Below are positions 44,149-45,812 of a stretch of DNA of 45,812 nt, piece after piece. The notes beneath the pieces are model-generated. The model had not been told where the DNA came from and did no database searches. It saw only the letters and a program-made list of their open reading frames with translations. Source of the stretch: a virus. Taxonomy: Duplodnaviria > Caudoviricetes. Within the stretch, counting starts at the first letter, position 1, and each line of letters begins with the position of its first letter. The stretch lies in the IMG/VR virus record IMGVR_UViG_3300020045_003231, positions 1-45,812 of that record; one strand, given 5' to 3'. A program made the translations under genes and the position numbers.

Positions 44149-44432
44149 GTTTAGCCGCTCACCATCTGCCAATCCAGGGGTGGAGAAAGATGGTGGGAGG
44201 CTGATTCAACAAGTTAGCCCCCGCTCCGACTGCTAACAGAAAGTAGGGATGCACGGGTAAATGCATCCGCCCTTCAAGCGTGAGGCCAAACGCTGAATTC
44301 ATCTGTAGGCCCGATACGGTTTCCGTTCTGCGCCTGTCCCTCGCAATGAAAAGGGGATACTCTGACGCAATTGCAGTGTCACAGCACAGCATAGATGCGC
44401 AGGAGGAAGCCGCTGTAACGCGGCACTTCCAT
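44149..44432 (+). ncRNA. Hairpin-dense non-coding segment 3' of the tRNA
   Basis: CACCATCT/AGATGGTG, GGATGCA/TGCATCC, AGCGT/ACGCT, TGACGC/GTGTCA, GCCGC/GCGGC stems. Confidence 0.4.
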
Positions 44433-44449
44433 CCATCACAGAGGAAACT

Positions 44450-44584
44450 ATGAGCATTCGAGACGCCGCCCAAGCGCTGCTAGACAGCCTAGACCGACCA
44501 GATAGCGCAGTTGAGCGTCTGATGCTTGAGAAGTACAAAGAATCGCTCAGGAAGGCACTGAGCCGCAACAGGGGGCGCAAATGA
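44450..44584 (+). CDS. 44-aa hypothetical protein
   Basis: MSIRDAAQALL...RGRK; GAGGA RBS. Confidence 0.55.
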   Translation: MSIRDAAQALLDSLDRPDSAVERLMLEKYKESLRKALSRNRGRK

Positions 44585-44766
44585 CCACCGCCGCCATCCT
44601 CCTGGCCCTCTACGGAATCGCATCCTATTTCATCGTTCGCCCCGCAGTAGAAGATGGCGACGAAGATCTCCAGTATTTCTCCAAGCCAGCCATGTACGCC
44701 ATCATGATCCTGATATGGCCTATAATTGCTGTAACGGCATTTTTCAAAACGGACGAGGAATTGTGA
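44581..44766 (+). CDS. Small two-TM membrane protein
   Basis: Two hydrophobic segments; ILIWPI motif. Confidence 0.65.
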   Translation: MTTAAILLALYGIASYFIVRPAVEDGDEDLQYFSKPAMYAIMILIWPIIAVTAFFKTDEEL

Positions 44767-45062
44767 TGGAGCTAGCTCATACGCGCAGCGGGTACGCCCA
44801 GGTCATGACGCCTATCGCACAGGTAGGCATTGACACCTGCGAGCTAGGCGCTGGCCTTTGGGCAACCAGAACGCCAGAGCAGATAATCGCCGACATACAG
44901 AAAATGTATGACTCCTTCCCGAAAGACATGAAAGGACAAGCGAGCCGTCCAATGATGATTGAGGTTGAGAAGCAATGGTATGATCTGGAGCGCTCGAAGC
45001 GATTCAACGCGCGCAAGATGCTGGCCGGATTACTAGGGCGCGAAGGTATTGGGTTCGCATGA
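44766..45062 (+). CDS. Hypothetical protein
   Basis: Start moved to 44766 (TGATG overlap, GAGGA RBS); W...TPEQIIADI motif. Confidence 0.6.
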   Translation: MELAHTRSGYAQVMTPIAQVGIDTCELGAGLWATRTPEQIIADIQKMYDSFPKDMKGQASRPMMIEVEKQWYDLERSKRFNARKMLAGLLGREGIGFA

Positions 45063-45235
45063 TGACCGCCATGGATATTAACATCACTATCAACAAGACC
45101 AAATTGGCGCCATTATGTATCGCGCTGTTCCTCGTTCTAGACCGCCTCCCTGAGTGGAAGTGGAAGGAACGTTTCATGACTTATTTAATCGGCCGCTCCT
45201 ACACGTACCACGTAGGCGGCGCAGCGGAGAAGTGA
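45059..45235 (+). CDS. 58-aa hypothetical protein
   Basis: MMTAMDINITINKTK...AAEK; coupled at both ends. Confidence 0.5.
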   Translation: MMTAMDINITINKTKLAPLCIALFLVLDRLPEWKWKERFMTYLIGRSYTYHVGGAAEK

Positions 45236-45267
45236 TGGCAGGCTTAACCCTCAAGCAGGAATCATAG
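45235..45267 (+). pseudogene. 10-codon mini-ORF MAGLTLKQES, possible relic of a replaced terS
   Basis: GGAGA RBS; LTxKQE resembles the N-terminus of Terminase_2-type small subunits; its TAG overlaps the terS GTG. Confidence 0.4.
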
Positions 45268-45797
45268 TGGTAAAAAAGGCGAAAGAGACATCGGCCCCAG
45301 TAGGGAGGCCAACAATATACAGCGAAGAAATGATTGCTGTTATTTGCGCTCGCATTGCTGATGGGGAAAGTATGCGCTCTATTGCGCGCGATGATTCTAT
45401 GCCAGCTATGACAACGATGTTTCGATGGCTAGGGGAGTCTGAACAATTTAAGAAGCAGTACGCAATAGCGATGGCTCAACGCGCAGAAGGCATGTTCGAA
45501 GATATGATCGAAATAGCCGACGAGGAATGCACATTCATCAAAAAGAGCAAGCATGGAAGTAAGGACGATGGCGACGAGGAAGTTGAGGTTGCATTCGATC
45601 CGACTGCCGTTGCTCGCAATCGCCTGCGTGTCGATACCCGTAAGTGGATGCTGGCCAAGATGGTTCCGAAGCGCTACGGAGATAAGCAGGAAGTCGAGCA
45701 CACCTCGCCAGATGGCAGTATGACGCCTGCGCCGGCCATTCAGGTAACCGCGCAGATGATTCAGGACATCGCGTCCAAGATCAACGATGGAATATGA
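45267..45797 (+). CDS. terS: Terminase small subunit (Sf6 gp1-like)
   Basis: GRPT.YS.E....IC.RIA.GES.RSI.....MP...T.FRWL, RLRVDTRKW..AK..PK.YGDK; overlaps the terL start. Confidence 0.92.
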   Translation: MVKKAKETSAPVGRPTIYSEEMIAVICARIADGESMRSIARDDSMPAMTTMFRWLGESEQFKKQYAIAMAQRAEGMFEDMIEIADEECTFIKKSKHGSKDDGDEEVEVAFDPTAVARNRLRVDTRKWMLAKMVPKRYGDKQEVEHTSPDGSMTPAPAIQVTAQMIQDIASKINDGI

Positions 45798-45812
45798 CAA
45801 GGCATCGGTAGA
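45692..45812. repeat. Terminal direct repeat (copy 2)
   Basis: Identical to 1-121. Confidence 0.95.

Noticed and set aside
43419-44473. ORF-track ORFs across the structured region (43419+, 43639-, 43769-, 43863+, 44159-)
   Set aside because: No convincing RBS, coupling or recognisable motifs; one overlaps the tRNA; better explained as non-coding
96-45797. Stop-codon reassignment
   Set aside because: Core genes are full length under the standard code and the only tRNA is not a suppressor

Overview
This window is an apparently complete ~45.7 kb tailed-phage genome. Bases 1-121 repeat exactly at 45692-45812, which I read as a circular assembly overlap (unit length 45,691 bp). The virion module is myovirus-type: terS/terL, DUF1073-type portal, MuF, DUF2213-type protease/scaffold, DUF2184-type capsid, DUF3383 sheath, DUF3277 tube, a probably frameshifted tail chaperone, tape measure, baseplate, and holin-lysozyme-Rz/Rz1. 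The early region is lambdoid-style (Bet/YqaJ, NinB, NinG, KilA-N, a truncated initiator plus helicase loader), with no recognisable integrase or CI. A small HTH gene hints at an Oxalobacteraceae-like betaproteobacterial host (inference). The main unexplained elements are non-coding: (i) a ~1.1 kb densely base-paired region around tRNA-Gly(TCC), with long-range helices and three ATTGGAA motifs complementary to that tRNA; (ii) a promoter, attenuator, structured RNA and G6/G6/G4/G3 tract upstream of a replication module whose initiator seems to lack its DNA-binding domain; (iii) a switch-like leader before bet. All family calls come from motif recognition by eye; no searches or folding programs were run.
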